The notes: a model not told the origin generated them from the sequence alone. Shown: positions 27,989 to 37,764, counted from the first letter of the stretch. The stretch is DNA of 64,000 bases from Thermoanaerobaculia bacterium (GCA_044226625.1 JBGAGQ010000007.1:77750-141749), one strand, 5' to 3'. A program made the numbers and translations.

Positions 27989-28525
27989 TTACGCGTCCGG
28001 GGTATCCGAAACGAGCCTCTCGAAGTAAACCAGAGGCACCTTCCGATAGACGACGCGCCCCATCTCGCGAAAGCCGCACTTCGCATAGAAGGCGCCGGCA
28101 CCTGCTTCGGAGTCGTACGCGTCGAGCCGGATCGACTGCGCAGGGAACTCGCGGGCGACGGCGTCGGCCGCTTCGAGCAGCCGGCGCCCGATCCCGCTCC
28201 CCTGCAGGTCCGGGTGGACCGCCATGTCGATCAGATAAAGCGCGCGGCGCACGGGGGTGAAATACGCCGGATCGATCGCCCAGGGCTTCTTCGTCACCAG
28301 GCGCAACGTTCCGACGATCCGATCCTGCTCGCGAGCGACGAGAACCCGGGCGTGCTGGAAACCGAAAAGCACGCCGCGTTCCGAGACCGCCGACGACCAG
28401 TGGCCTTTGCCGTGGTCGCGGGTCAAGCCCTCGGCGACCGCCGTGCGGAGGGCGGCGAGCTCCGGGGCATCGGATTCGGTGGCGGGGGCGATGAGGAGGG
28501 GCATACGTTCTGAGGCGCAGACCAC
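27989..28525 (-). CDS. GNAT family N-acetyltransferase
   Basis: MAVHPDLQGSGIGRRLL, RLDAY, AGAFYAKCGF. Confidence 0.9.
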   Translation of the reverse strand: MVCASERMPLLIAPATESDAPELAALRTAVAEGLTRDHGKGHWSSAVSERGVLFGFQHARVLVAREQDRIVGTLRLVTKKPWAIDPAYFTPVRRALYLIDMAVHPDLQGSGIGRRLLEAADAVAREFPAQSIRLDAYDSEAGAGAFYAKCGFREMGRVVYRKVPLVYFERLVSDTPDA

Positions 28526-28537
28526 GACACGATCCTT

Positions 28538-28972
28538 TTAGGGGCGGCGAACCCGAGACCTCCCCTCCGGCCATACCTGATGGAAATGGCCGACATTGAG
28601 AGTCAGAAAGACTTCGACTTCGGCGACTTCGGCAGCCCGTGCGATCAGGCCGTCGTAGACCACTCCGCCGGCACAGCCAAGATCCGCCAGCCTTTGGATC
28701 GTGAATTTGAAGTCGTCCACCGTAAGCGCGATCGGCGTGAAGCTGGAAAGTACGTTCTCCCGCAACAATCGCGCCGCCAAGTCTGGAGAGATGCGAGGTC
28801 TCGTCGGTATCCGGGTCAAGGTGGCAAACAACTCGGCCAGAGAGTGTGCCGCGACGAAACCTTCGATTTCTCCGGCGAGCGCACGATCGAGCCATGGAAA
28901 CGCCGATTCATGAGACTCGTGGCTCTCGATGAGCGCCGCGACCAGGGGCGAGGTGTCGAAAAAAACTCTCAC
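28538..28972 (-). CDS. vapC: PIN-domain (VapC-type) toxin
   Basis: VFFDTSPLVAAL, HSLAELFATLTR, VYDGLIA, LTLN; overlaps the antitoxin stop. Confidence 0.85.
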   Translation of the reverse strand: MRVFFDTSPLVAALIESHESHESAFPWLDRALAGEIEGFVAAHSLAELFATLTRIPTRPRISPDLAARLLRENVLSSFTPIALTVDDFKFTIQRLADLGCAGGVVYDGLIARAAEVAEVEVFLTLNVGHFHQVWPEGRSRVRRP

Positions 28973-29232
28973 CGCCCCAATTTAGCCAGACTGCGAAGGC
29001 GTTCCTCTTGGACTTCATCCACCGTGCCTTCGATGTCGCCAGCTCGCTTGCCCGTGAAGACCAGCACGCGGCCTTTCCGCGACAAGGGACCCCCCTCTCG
29101 AAGAAGCGTCAGGCGAAAGCCCCCTTCGATCGGTTCCAATCCCAGCTCGTCGCCAGGCTCTAGGCCCACGTCGGACCGCAGGTCCTTCGGGATACGCACG
29201 CGCCCGGAGCGATCGATCGTCGTCTTGACCAT
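28969..29232 (-). CDS. vapB: AbrB/MazE/SpoVT-family antitoxin
   Basis: TIDRSGRVRIPKDLRSDVGLEPGDEL swapped-hairpin signature. Confidence 0.85.
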   Translation of the reverse strand: MVKTTIDRSGRVRIPKDLRSDVGLEPGDELGLEPIEGGFRLTLLREGGPLSRKGRVLVFTGKRAGDIEGTVDEVQEERLRSLAKLGR

Positions 29233-29506
29233 GTCGGTATTCTAGTCGCTGGCGAATGAAAGAATCGACTCAAGCCACACTGCGGCGCATCCGGTGGGCC
29301 GGTGGCTCTCGCGGTCTTCGGCTCGCGGGACGCTCGGCGGTAGAAATGCCCCTGTCAGCGGAACGCGCCCAGCCGCCGAAGGACCACGCCGCCTGGCTTA
29401 GGGCGCCCGACTTCGGCGACCTTCCCGCCGGAAGGCTCGATGCGATGCGATCCGCAGCGCTTGCCTCCTAACCGCCGGAGGGCGAAGCATCTGCCGCGAC
29501 CTCCAA

Positions 29507-29937
29507 TTGTGCGGCACTCCGCCCAATCCGCACAAACAGAAGACTCGAGACCGGTCAAAACGACGCTGTGTTGTGCGGCACTAACGGATTACCGCACAAC
29601 GCAGCGCCCAGGAACGGGTTCCGAGGAGCGAGAAAACCGAATTTGCGACATTGGGCCGCACAAAATCGCGACGGCGCTGTACATCACGGATGGCCGGCAG
29701 CGGTGCAAAGCGCTCGAGAAGTGGTGTTTTGGCTCAGAAAATGGGTTTCGGGGCTCGCGTACGCACAGACGTCTTTCCGCGCCGCACATCGCGGAGCGGC
29801 TGAACCTCTCCGCGAGGCCGGTGTCGCACAGCACAGCGCTGCGTTCGCACAGCGCGGCTTCCCGAAAGCGGTTCGTTGACCGTCGGCGGCCGTCCAAGGA
29901 ACCACCGCCGCACAGCCTTCCATCGGGTTTGTACATC
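29507..29937. repeat. non-coding tract: two TTGTGCGG-N13-CCGCACAA palindromes followed by 21-bp-phased G(C/T)ACA motifs
   Basis: Palindromes at 29507-29535 and 29571-29599; motifs start at 29658, 29679, 29763, 29784, 29826, 29847, 29910, 29931. Confidence 0.7.
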
Positions 29938-29949
29938 GCGGGGGCACGG

Positions 29950-30725
29950 AATCTTCTCCGGAAGATCGAGAACGCTCGTCTCGCATAAGGCGGCCAGGTT
30001 CCGACGAAGTTCCCCCGGCGACGCGGCCCCGACGAACAGGACGGCCGAGTACTCGTCCGCGTAGCGCCAGCCGTACTCGATCGCCAGCCGCGACTTGCCG
30101 ACCCCGCCGAGGCCGTGGACGGCGTTCGCTTTCGCCGCGATGGCGGTCGCCTTGCCGCTCTTTCCCTCGGTGAGCTTTTGATGGAGGGTGGCGAGCACCT
30201 CCTCGCGCCCCTGGAAAAGATCGCCGAGGGAGGCGTAGCGGAGGTGGATCACGCGCCCTTCTCGCAATCGCTCCGGAGGAAGATGGAAGAACTCAGCTAG
30301 CAGGCGCGGATACCGCTTTACCCTCAGGTCCAGCTCGTTGCCGCTCCAGAAGTGGCAGGTCGCTCCTCACCCCAAACGGCGCGGATCGCGGTGCGCGTGT
30401 CCGCCCGAACTCCGCGCGAGACGACGAAAACCAGCTCGTCGGGTTGGTCGCTAGGGGGGAGCGCCCGAAGCTTCGCGATCTCCGTCGTCGCGTCCGCCAG
30501 GGAAAACCGCCGCATCCGTTTGCACTGGAAGACCCAGCGACGCCCTCCCTTCGAGGCCACCACGTCGCGGCCCCCTTCGCTCCCCGCCTCGCCGAAGTGC
30601 TCGACCTCTTCGAATTTCTCCTCTTCGACGAGCCATATGCACAGCCGTTCGAACTGCCCCGGCTCGAGCTGATCGAACGACAGCGGATTGGCCGTGCGAG
30701 TCAAAACCGGTTTCGTCGTCGCCAT
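29950..30725 (-). pseudogene. frameshifted, truncated restriction-endonuclease (Mrr-like) - NB-ARC fusion
   Basis: FERLC...GRDVVA...FQCKR nuclease domain; a frameshift near 30362 continues TCHFWSGNELDLRVKRYP...LFQGREEVL...HGLGGVGKSRLAIEYGW; recognisable sequence stops near 29950, before Walker B. Confidence 0.8.
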
Positions 30726-30838
30726 GGCGTGATTGAGCGTTGATTGTAGCGCGGCGAAGGAGCCGGGCTGACGGAGTGCGGCCCGGCGGTTCCGGAGAAA
30801 GCGTCACGGTATGAGGGACTTGCACGTTGTAGCGCCCC

Positions 30839-30998
30839 CACCTCGATCCTCCCCCGCGAGCGGGGGAGGAAGTTTGACGGAGGCTTTGGTGGCCCCTTGG
30901 ACGAGGGTCACCAAGTCCTTAGAAGGTCCGCTCAGTCCCACTCGACCTCCCGCCGAAGGGTCCCTCCCCCCGCTTGCGGGGGGAGGCCAGGAGGGGGG
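30839..30998. repeat. pair of REP-like GC-rich palindromes
   Basis: TCCTCCCCCGC-GA-GCGGGGGAGGA (30847-30870) and CCTCCCCCCGC-TT-GCGGGGGGAGG (30963-30986); their flanks recur near 62.1 kb. Confidence 0.72.
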
Positions 30999-31073
30999 AT
31001 TCGCCGTTCGCCCCAGCGCCTCCCCACGACCTGCAAGTCCGGGTATACTCCCCCTCCCTTTTCGAGGTTTTTG

Positions 31074-31433
31074 ATGCCTTCTCTCGAGACCGTCGAAGCC
31101 AGGCCATTGTCTGCCGCGAAACTGAACACCAGCCGTTTAGCGGACGCTCTGCACGATGCCGAGCGTTTCGGCCGCTTGGAGGCCGAGGCGTTCGATACCC
31201 AGCTGTCGGAGCTCGAACGCCGCGAACGCGACGCGTTGCTCGGTAAGAGCGCCCTGGCCTGCGAGCAGTTCCTCGGTCCCTCGCCCGAGGAGGGGCAGGT
31301 GGTCACCAATACCGAGGTCCTGCGTCTGCGCCGCGAGATCGACCGGCTCGCCGATTTCCACCGCTCGCTGCTCCACTCTCGGTCGTGGCGCCTGCTCCAG
31401 GCGCTCAAGCGCCCGCTCGGGAGAGCATGGTAG
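31074..31433 (+). CDS. small helical protein preceding a glycosyltransferase
   Basis: Coiled-coil-like; ends SRSWRLLQALKRPLG, a motif type common in glycan-locus proteins. Confidence 0.6.
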   Translation: MPSLETVEARPLSAAKLNTSRLADALHDAERFGRLEAEAFDTQLSELERRERDALLGKSALACEQFLGPSPEEGQVVTNTEVLRLRREIDRLADFHRSLLHSRSWRLLQALKRPLGRAW

Positions 31434-31756
31434 GGCCGCGGGAGAACTTCAGCTCGATGACGGGCGACCCGGATCCCCTGGAGTCGGCCCTTCGGATCGC
31501 CCGCTTGGAGGCCCGCGTCGTGGCGCTCGAGGAGGCGCTGGTCCGGCGCTCCAACGAGCTCCGAGAGCTGCAGCGCATTCTCCCGAGCCGAGAGTTGCTC
31601 AATCTGTCGCGCCTGGCGGGCGGTCTGCCGCCGGTGCCCCGCGGGCGTTACGATCTCGAGGTATGGCGCGAGACGACAGCCCTCACCCACGCCAACGTCC
31701 AAGAGACGCTGCTCGACCTCTGGCAGAGCGTGGCGCCGGCTCCCGCCCCTCGATGA
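31427..31756 (+). CDS. small coiled-coil hypothetical protein
   Basis: Overlaps both neighbours; RIARLEARVVALEEAL heptads. Confidence 0.55.
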   Translation: MVGPRENFSSMTGDPDPLESALRIARLEARVVALEEALVRRSNELRELQRILPSRELLNLSRLAGGLPPVPRGRYDLEVWRETTALTHANVQETLLDLWQSVAPAPAPR

Positions 31757-33633
31757 CCGAGTCCCCTTCGAAATCCCCCTCGCGGCCGCGCAAGGCGACC
31801 CTGCTGGTCCTCGCCTGGAACCGCTGGGACCTCACGGAACGCTGCCTCGCCACGCTGCTCCAGACCGACCTCGAGAACGCCGAGGTCCTGGTGGTCGACA
31901 ACGGCTCGACCGACGAGACCCCCGAGCGGCTCGCCCAAATCACCGGCATCCGGGTGCTTCGGCTGGAGAAAAACCTCGGCTTCGTGCGGGGCAACAACGC
32001 CGGGCTGGAGCAGACGGATCCGGAGTCCGACGTCGTCCTGCTCAACAACGACCTGATCTTCACCCAGCGCGATTGGCTGGCGCGCCTGCGCGCGGCCGCC
32101 GCCTCGGAACCGAAGATCGGCGTGGTCGGCGCCCGCCTCCGCCTGCCGGACGGACGGCTGCTGCACGCCGGGACCTACATCCTCCCCGACACGGTCTGGG
32201 GGCAGCAGATCGGGGCGCTCGAGCAGGATCTCGGCCAGTACGGCCAGGAGGTGCGCGAGGTCGAAGGGATCGTCTTCGCCTGCGCCTTCATCAAGCGCGA
32301 GCTGATTCGGGAGATCGGCGGCCTCGCGCTCGATTTCGAGTCGTACTTCGAGGACACGGACTACTGCCTCCGCGCCAAGGGGGCGGGCTGGAAGACGGTC
32401 GTCTGCGGCGGCGTGACGCTGATCCACGACGAGCACGGCTCGACGCAGAACGATCCCGAGGCGCTCGGGCGCCTGTTCCAGACCAGCCGAACGGCCTTCC
32501 GACAGAAATGGCACGCGGAGCTGTCCGGACGCTATCGCCGTCGCCTGCTCTGGCAATCGATCATGAACTTCCCCACCGGCTACGCGATGAGCTGCCGCGA
32601 GATCCTGCGCGCGCTCGACACGGAGGGTGTCGAGGTGGCCTACCGCTACGTCTACGGGCCGCGCACGGTCTTTCCGCCGGTGGAGCCCGAGGACAGCGAG
32701 GACTACCGGCTCAATGTGATCCGCTCGCGAAAAGTACCCTGGCGGCCGAAGGCCGCGGTGGTCTACGGCCAGGCCGACGTGTTCGGCAGCAACCGGGGGC
32801 GGATCAAAGTCGGCTACACGATGCTCGAGGTCGACGGCTTCCCGCGCGACTGGGTGCGCGCGGCGCAGAAGATGGCCGAGGTCTGGGTGCCGAGCGAGTT
32901 CAACCGGCAGGGATTCATCGATTCGGGTCTCACCCGACCGGTCGAGATCGTGCCGCTCGGGGTCGATACGAGCTACTTCCACCCCGGCCTCAAGACGTTC
33001 CCGAACCCATACGGCGAGTACGTCTTCTTTTCCGCTTTCGAATGGGGCGAGCGGAAAGAGCCGGGGCTGCTGCTCAAGGTGTTCAACGAGGAGTTCTCTT
33101 GCGACGAGCCGGTGCGGCTGGTCTGCAAGGTGATCAACCGCGACCCGGGGCTGAAGCTCAAAGAGGTGATAGGCGCCCTGCGCCTTCAGGATGCCGGCGG
33201 GAAGATCTCCTTCCTGTTCAACCAGGAGTTCCCGCATTACCAGCTGGGCTCCCTCTACCGCTCGATGGACTGCTTCGTGTCCGTCTCGCGCGGTGAGGGT
33301 TGGAACATGCCGCTCATGGAAGCGATGGCCTGCGGGCTCCCGGCGATCGCGACCGACTGGGGGGCGCACCGCGAATTTCTCCACGAGGGGAACGGCTACC
33401 CGCTGCGCGTGCGGGGAACCATCCCGGCGATCGCCAAATGCCCCTATTACACCGGCTTCCGCTGGGCCGACCCCGATCCGGAGCACCTGCGCCACCTGAT
33501 GCGTTGGGTCTACGAAAATCGGGCCGAGGCGGCCGTGAAGGGACGCGAAGCGGCCCGCGAGGTCGCGAGCCGCTGGACCTGGCAACACACGGCGAAAAAG
33601 ATCGTCGCGAGGTTGGAGGCTCTCGGGGCGTAG
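31753..33633 (+). CDS. GT2 + GT4 bifunctional glycosyltransferase
   Basis: VVDNGSTD, NLGFVRGNN, LLNND, YFEDTDYC, then WGERK and SRGEGWNMPLMEAMACGLP. Confidence 0.92.
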   Translation: MTESPSKSPSRPRKATLLVLAWNRWDLTERCLATLLQTDLENAEVLVVDNGSTDETPERLAQITGIRVLRLEKNLGFVRGNNAGLEQTDPESDVVLLNNDLIFTQRDWLARLRAAAASEPKIGVVGARLRLPDGRLLHAGTYILPDTVWGQQIGALEQDLGQYGQEVREVEGIVFACAFIKRELIREIGGLALDFESYFEDTDYCLRAKGAGWKTVVCGGVTLIHDEHGSTQNDPEALGRLFQTSRTAFRQKWHAELSGRYRRRLLWQSIMNFPTGYAMSCREILRALDTEGVEVAYRYVYGPRTVFPPVEPEDSEDYRLNVIRSRKVPWRPKAAVVYGQADVFGSNRGRIKVGYTMLEVDGFPRDWVRAAQKMAEVWVPSEFNRQGFIDSGLTRPVEIVPLGVDTSYFHPGLKTFPNPYGEYVFFSAFEWGERKEPGLLLKVFNEEFSCDEPVRLVCKVINRDPGLKLKEVIGALRLQDAGGKISFLFNQEFPHYQLGSLYRSMDCFVSVSRGEGWNMPLMEAMACGLPAIATDWGAHREFLHEGNGYPLRVRGTIPAIAKCPYYTGFRWADPDPEHLRHLMRWVYENRAEAAVKGREAAREVASRWTWQHTAKKIVARLEALGA

Positions 33634-33642
33634 AAAAGGGGT

Positions 33643-33983
33643 ATGGGGCGGGCCTTCAGCCCTTGGTCCCCCTCTCCTTCCTTCTGAACCTGGGGCGTTG
33701 CCCCAGGCTATTATGGGTCGCGCCTTTGGCGCTCCGTAAAGGGGCCGACCAGCCGTAGCAAGACGTCTTTGGCGCTCCGTAAATCGGAGAGTTTCCCGGG
33801 ACCTCACCGCGTCGGTTTCAGATCCGGAGCCTCCCGGAATCTTGCCGAGTCGGCTTGAGCGTCGGTGTTTCCAAGGCCACTTCCGCATCAGTTTGAGCGC
33901 CGAAGGCGCGCCCGATAATAGCCTGGGGCGAAGCCCCAGGCTCCGAACCGCCAACCGAGGAAAGGGCTGTAAGCCCGCCCCAT
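33643..33983. repeat. two inverted copies of a REP-like element
   Basis: 33643-33733 and 33895-33983 are near reverse complements with core CCTGGGGCG(TT/AA)GCCCCAGG; internal direct repeat CTTTGGCGCTCCGTAAA at 33724 and 33767. Confidence 0.8.
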
Positions 33984-35137
33984 CAATCGATCGCCAGCCC
34001 CTTTCCGACCTGGTCGATCAGGTTCTCCAGGTTCTTCTTCGCCGCGTCATCCGGCGCGGTGGCGAGGGCCGCCTTGAAGTGGCGGATGGCCTCGTCTTTC
34101 TTGCCCGCGGCGGCGCTCGCTCGGCCGAGGCTCACCTCGGTCGGCCAGACGCCGGGGTAGCGCTTGCTGTTCGTCTGGAGCACCTTGATGCCGAGGGCGG
34201 TCTTCTTCGCCGCGAGCAGCTGCCGGCCGGCGACGTGGATTTGAAACGCCGTGGCCGCCGGGTGGTTGATCGCCTTGTCGAGCGTCTTTTCCGATTCCGC
34301 GGTCTTGCCGTTCGCCTCCTGGAGCGCCGCCAGGGTGGAGAGCGTCGTGAAGTTCTCCTGGCCGCCGAACGGGCCGTCGACTGCGGCCTGCGCCCACTGG
34401 AGCCCCTCCTCGAGGTTGATCTTGTGGGTCAGGCAGAAGTTGGCCGCCTGCTCCCAGTTCTCCCAGGCGAAGCCGGGCGAGTTCTGGAGTTGGCGGCGGA
34501 TGTTCTCGACGTAGAGCTGATCGGAGTTCGGTACCTCGATCTTCCAGGGAAGGGCGAGGCTCTCCCATTCGAGCTCCACCGTCGCGGAGGCCGGCTGGCG
34601 ATCGACGAACTCGTAGGTCAGGAACTCGCGATAGGCGCTCTCCTGCGGCTTGGCCGTCACCCGAAGCGCGTCTTCCCTGGCGTCGTAGAAGAAGCTTCCC
34701 CAGGCGGTCGAGTTGTTCGAGAAGATAATCGTCCACTCGTCTTTGCCCGGAATGAAGTGCAGCCCGTAGGTCCCGGCGGCGAGCGGTTTACCCTGGATCA
34801 GCACGTCGTGATTGATCGAGAAGGTCGTGTTCTCGTTCGAGCCGCCGCGCCAGGGGCACTGGTCGCCGCACGAGCCGAAGCCCAGGTTCGTCATGCCGTA
34901 AGGAACCAGCTCGCCCCAGATCTTGCCTTTTCGGTCGGTGCCGTCCGGGGCGTGGACGTTCGGGCTGTTGTAGGTGATCTCGACGTTCACCAGGCCGATC
35001 TGCTGGCGCACCTCCGAGTGCTGGTTGTCGCCGCTGTTCGGCAGCGTGAGGCTCTGGGCCGAGGTCGAAGCGGGCGAGCCGGCGCTGGCAGCGAGCGCGA
35101 GCAGGATTGAGGCGGTGGTCGAAGCGAAGCGTTTCAT
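33983..35137 (-). CDS. secreted DUF2911 protein with C-terminal TPRs
   Basis: VRQQIGL..VEITYNSP, IWGELVPYG, WRGGSNENT, AGTYGLHFIP, WGSFFYD. Confidence 0.88.
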   Translation of the reverse strand: MKRFASTTASILLALAASAGSPASTSAQSLTLPNSGDNQHSEVRQQIGLVNVEITYNSPNVHAPDGTDRKGKIWGELVPYGMTNLGFGSCGDQCPWRGGSNENTTFSINHDVLIQGKPLAAGTYGLHFIPGKDEWTIIFSNNSTAWGSFFYDAREDALRVTAKPQESAYREFLTYEFVDRQPASATVELEWESLALPWKIEVPNSDQLYVENIRRQLQNSPGFAWENWEQAANFCLTHKINLEEGLQWAQAAVDGPFGGQENFTTLSTLAALQEANGKTAESEKTLDKAINHPAATAFQIHVAGRQLLAAKKTALGIKVLQTNSKRYPGVWPTEVSLGRASAAAGKKDEAIRHFKAALATAPDDAAKKNLENLIDQVGKGLAID

Positions 35138-35300
35138 CGATGGGTCCTCCCGAATCGGTAAGCGAATGTCCTCTCGGCTGTCTACAAGAGCTACGCATCG
35201 AGTGGTCGAAGGTTTGGCGATTTGGTCCCGTCGGGCGGCGTTCCGATCCCAGGGCCAGGATCCACGACTTCCCGCGCGACCTTCGATACGATCCCCCGCC

Positions 35301-36413
35301 ATGCGCACCTACGCCGGGGTCTTCCTGCTCGCCGCCGCGGTCTCCCCTTCCTTCGCCGCGGAACCCCCGTCCGCTCCCGTCTTCGACGCCCGGGCGGCGG
35401 CCCGATTCGCCGATCTCGCCCTCGCCTGCGTGGGAAAGGAGTACCCGAACAAGATCGCCCACGTGATGACAAGCGACGCGGACGCCAAACCGCCGCGAGA
35501 GCTGACTCCCGCCTTCTTCGGCTGCTACGACTGGCACTCGTCGGTGCACGGGCACTGGCTGCTCGCAAGGCTCGCCAAGAGCTTTCCCGACGCGCCGTTC
35601 GCCGCTCCCGCCCGGGCGGCGCTCTCCCGGAGCCTCACGCCGGAGAAGATCGCTGGCGAGGCGCGCTATCTCGACGGACCGGGGCGGATCTCGTTCGAGC
35701 GACCGTACGGTCTCGCCTGGCTGCTCCAGCTCGGAGCGGAATTACGCGGCTGGGACGATCCGACGGCGAAGTCCTGGGCGGCCGCCCTGGAGCCGCTCGA
35801 GCGCGCGGCGGCGCAACGCCTCTCCACCTGGCTGCCGAAGCTGTCGCGGCCGATCCGGATCGGAGAGCACGATCAGACCGCGTTCGCCTTCGGCCTGATC
35901 TTCGACTGGGCGAAAAGCGCCGGCGACGCCGACCTCGAGCGGTTGGTCCGCTCGCGGGCCGAGGCGTTCTACCTCGCCGACCGCTCCTGCCCGCTCGCCT
36001 ATGAGCCGTCGGGCCAGGATTTCCTCTCTCCGTGCCTAGCCGAGGCGGACCTGATGCGCCGCCTGCTGCCGGCCGACCGTTTCGCCGCCTGGCTCGGCGA
36101 CTTCCTCCCCCAGATTCCCCGCCAGGCGGGGGCCGCCGGTGCCTCAGCGTGGCTCGAGCCGGCGGTGGTCACCGATCCCTCCGATCCCAAGCTCGCCCAC
36201 CTCGACGGTCTCAACCTTTCGCGCGCCTGGATGCTCGAAGGGATCGCCGCCGGACTTCCCGCCGCCGACCCGCGCCTCGCCGCGCTCCGGGCGACCGCCC
36301 TTCGGCATCGCGCCGCGGGCCTCGCTGCGGTGACCGGTGAGCACTACGAAGGGGGACACTGGCTCGGTAGTTTCGCAACCTATCTGGTGACCGGGCGAGG
36401 TTTGGGGCGATAG
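35301..36413 (+). CDS. DUF2891 family protein
   Basis: EYPNK, PAFFGCYDWHSSVHGHW, FERPYGLAWLL, HLDGLNLSRAW, YEGGHWLGSFA. Confidence 0.88.
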   Translation: MRTYAGVFLLAAAVSPSFAAEPPSAPVFDARAAARFADLALACVGKEYPNKIAHVMTSDADAKPPRELTPAFFGCYDWHSSVHGHWLLARLAKSFPDAPFAAPARAALSRSLTPEKIAGEARYLDGPGRISFERPYGLAWLLQLGAELRGWDDPTAKSWAAALEPLERAAAQRLSTWLPKLSRPIRIGEHDQTAFAFGLIFDWAKSAGDADLERLVRSRAEAFYLADRSCPLAYEPSGQDFLSPCLAEADLMRRLLPADRFAAWLGDFLPQIPRQAGAAGASAWLEPAVVTDPSDPKLAHLDGLNLSRAWMLEGIAAGLPAADPRLAALRATALRHRAAGLAAVTGEHYEGGHWLGSFATYLVTGRGLGR

Positions 36414-36489
36414 GAACCCAAGGGATGCCGCGCGGAGGAACCGCCGATTCGCGCGCCGGGGAGCCGCAACGGACTGGGAGGGTAGATCG

Positions 36490-37764
36490 GTGACCAACTT
36501 CGGGATCTCCGTCGCATTCTTCCTGCAGATCGCGATCGTCCTCGGGGCCTGCCGGCTGGTCGCGCGGTTGGTCAAACCGCTCGGGCAGCCCCAGGTGGTG
36601 GCCGAGATGATCACCGGCGTCCTGCTCGGCCCTTCCCTGTTCGGTCTGGTCGCCCCCGATCTCCAGGCGCGCCTCTTCCCCAAACCCACGCTCGCCGTGA
36701 TCTACGCCGTGGCCCAGGTGGGTCTCGCGCTCTACATGTTCCTGGTCGGGCTCGAATTCGACCTCGAGCTGATCCGCAAGCGGGTGAAAAGCGCGGTCGT
36801 CGTCTCCTGGGCGGGGATCGTCACGCCGTTCGCCCTGGGCGCTCTGCTGGCCTGGGCTTTCCAAAGCCGGTTCCCGCTCTTCGCTCCCGAGGTCGCCTCC
36901 TGGGAGGCGATGCTCTTCATGGGCGCCGCGATGTCGATCACGGCGTTCCCCATGCTCGCCCGGATCATCTACGAGCGCGGGCTCTCGGGCACCTCGCTCG
37001 GCACCTTGGCCCTCGCCGCCGGCTCGTCCGACGATGCGATGGCCTGGTGCGTCCTCGCGGTGGTCCTCGCGAGCTTCACCGGCAAGCTCTCGATCGCGGC
37101 GCTCGCGATCGGCGGCGGCGCGCTCTACGCCCTGTTCATGATCGGCTTCGCGCGCCCCCATCTCGGCCGGTTCTTCAACATGTTGGAAGCGAACCCGCGG
37201 CGCCGTTCCCTGGTGTTGCCGTTCACGCTCATTCTCGTCGCGCTTTGCGCATGGGCGACCGATTCGATGGGGATCTACGCGGTCTTCGGCGCCTTCATCC
37301 TGGGCGTCGCGATGCCTCGCGGCGAGGTCGCCCGCCACATCGAGGGAGAGACCTCCGCGCTCACCGGCACGCTCCTCCTGCCGTTCTTCTTCGTCAACTC
37401 GGGACTCAATACGAAGATCGGTTTGATCGACAGCCCGAGCCTTTGGGGCCTCGCCCTGCTGGTCCTGCTCGCCGCGACGTTCGGCAAGGGAGTCGCCTGC
37501 ATGCTCGGCGCGCGAGTCTCCGGCGAGCCGTGGCGGGATTCGGTGGCGATCGGGGCCCTGATGAACGCCCGCGGGCTGATGGAGCTGATCATCCTGAACA
37601 TCGGGCTGGAGCGGGGGGTGATCACGCCGACGCTCTTCACCATCATGGTGTTGATGGCGATCGTCACCACGCTCACCGCGGTGCCGGCGTTCAACCTGGT
37701 CTTCGGCGAGAAGAAGGGCGCGGAGATCGAAAACGCCCGGTCGGAGGCCTCCTCCCGAGCGTAA
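36490..37764 (+). CDS. cation:proton antiporter (CPA2)
   Basis: QPQVVAEMITGVLLGPS, SITAFPMLARII, LMNARGLMELIILNIG; many TM helices. Confidence 0.93.
   Translation: MTNFGISVAFFLQIAIVLGACRLVARLVKPLGQPQVVAEMITGVLLGPSLFGLVAPDLQARLFPKPTLAVIYAVAQVGLALYMFLVGLEFDLELIRKRVKSAVVVSWAGIVTPFALGALLAWAFQSRFPLFAPEVASWEAMLFMGAAMSITAFPMLARIIYERGLSGTSLGTLALAAGSSDDAMAWCVLAVVLASFTGKLSIAALAIGGGALYALFMIGFARPHLGRFFNMLEANPRRRSLVLPFTLILVALCAWATDSMGIYAVFGAFILGVAMPRGEVARHIEGETSALTGTLLLPFFFVNSGLNTKIGLIDSPSLWGLALLVLLAATFGKGVACMLGARVSGEPWRDSVAIGALMNARGLMELIILNIGLERGVITPTLFTIMVLMAIVTTLTAVPAFNLVFGEKKGAEIENARSEASSRA

Noticed and set aside
29256-29988. Several short ORFs on both strands
   Set aside because: No recognisable domains and mutually overlapping; treated as a non-coding periodic tract.
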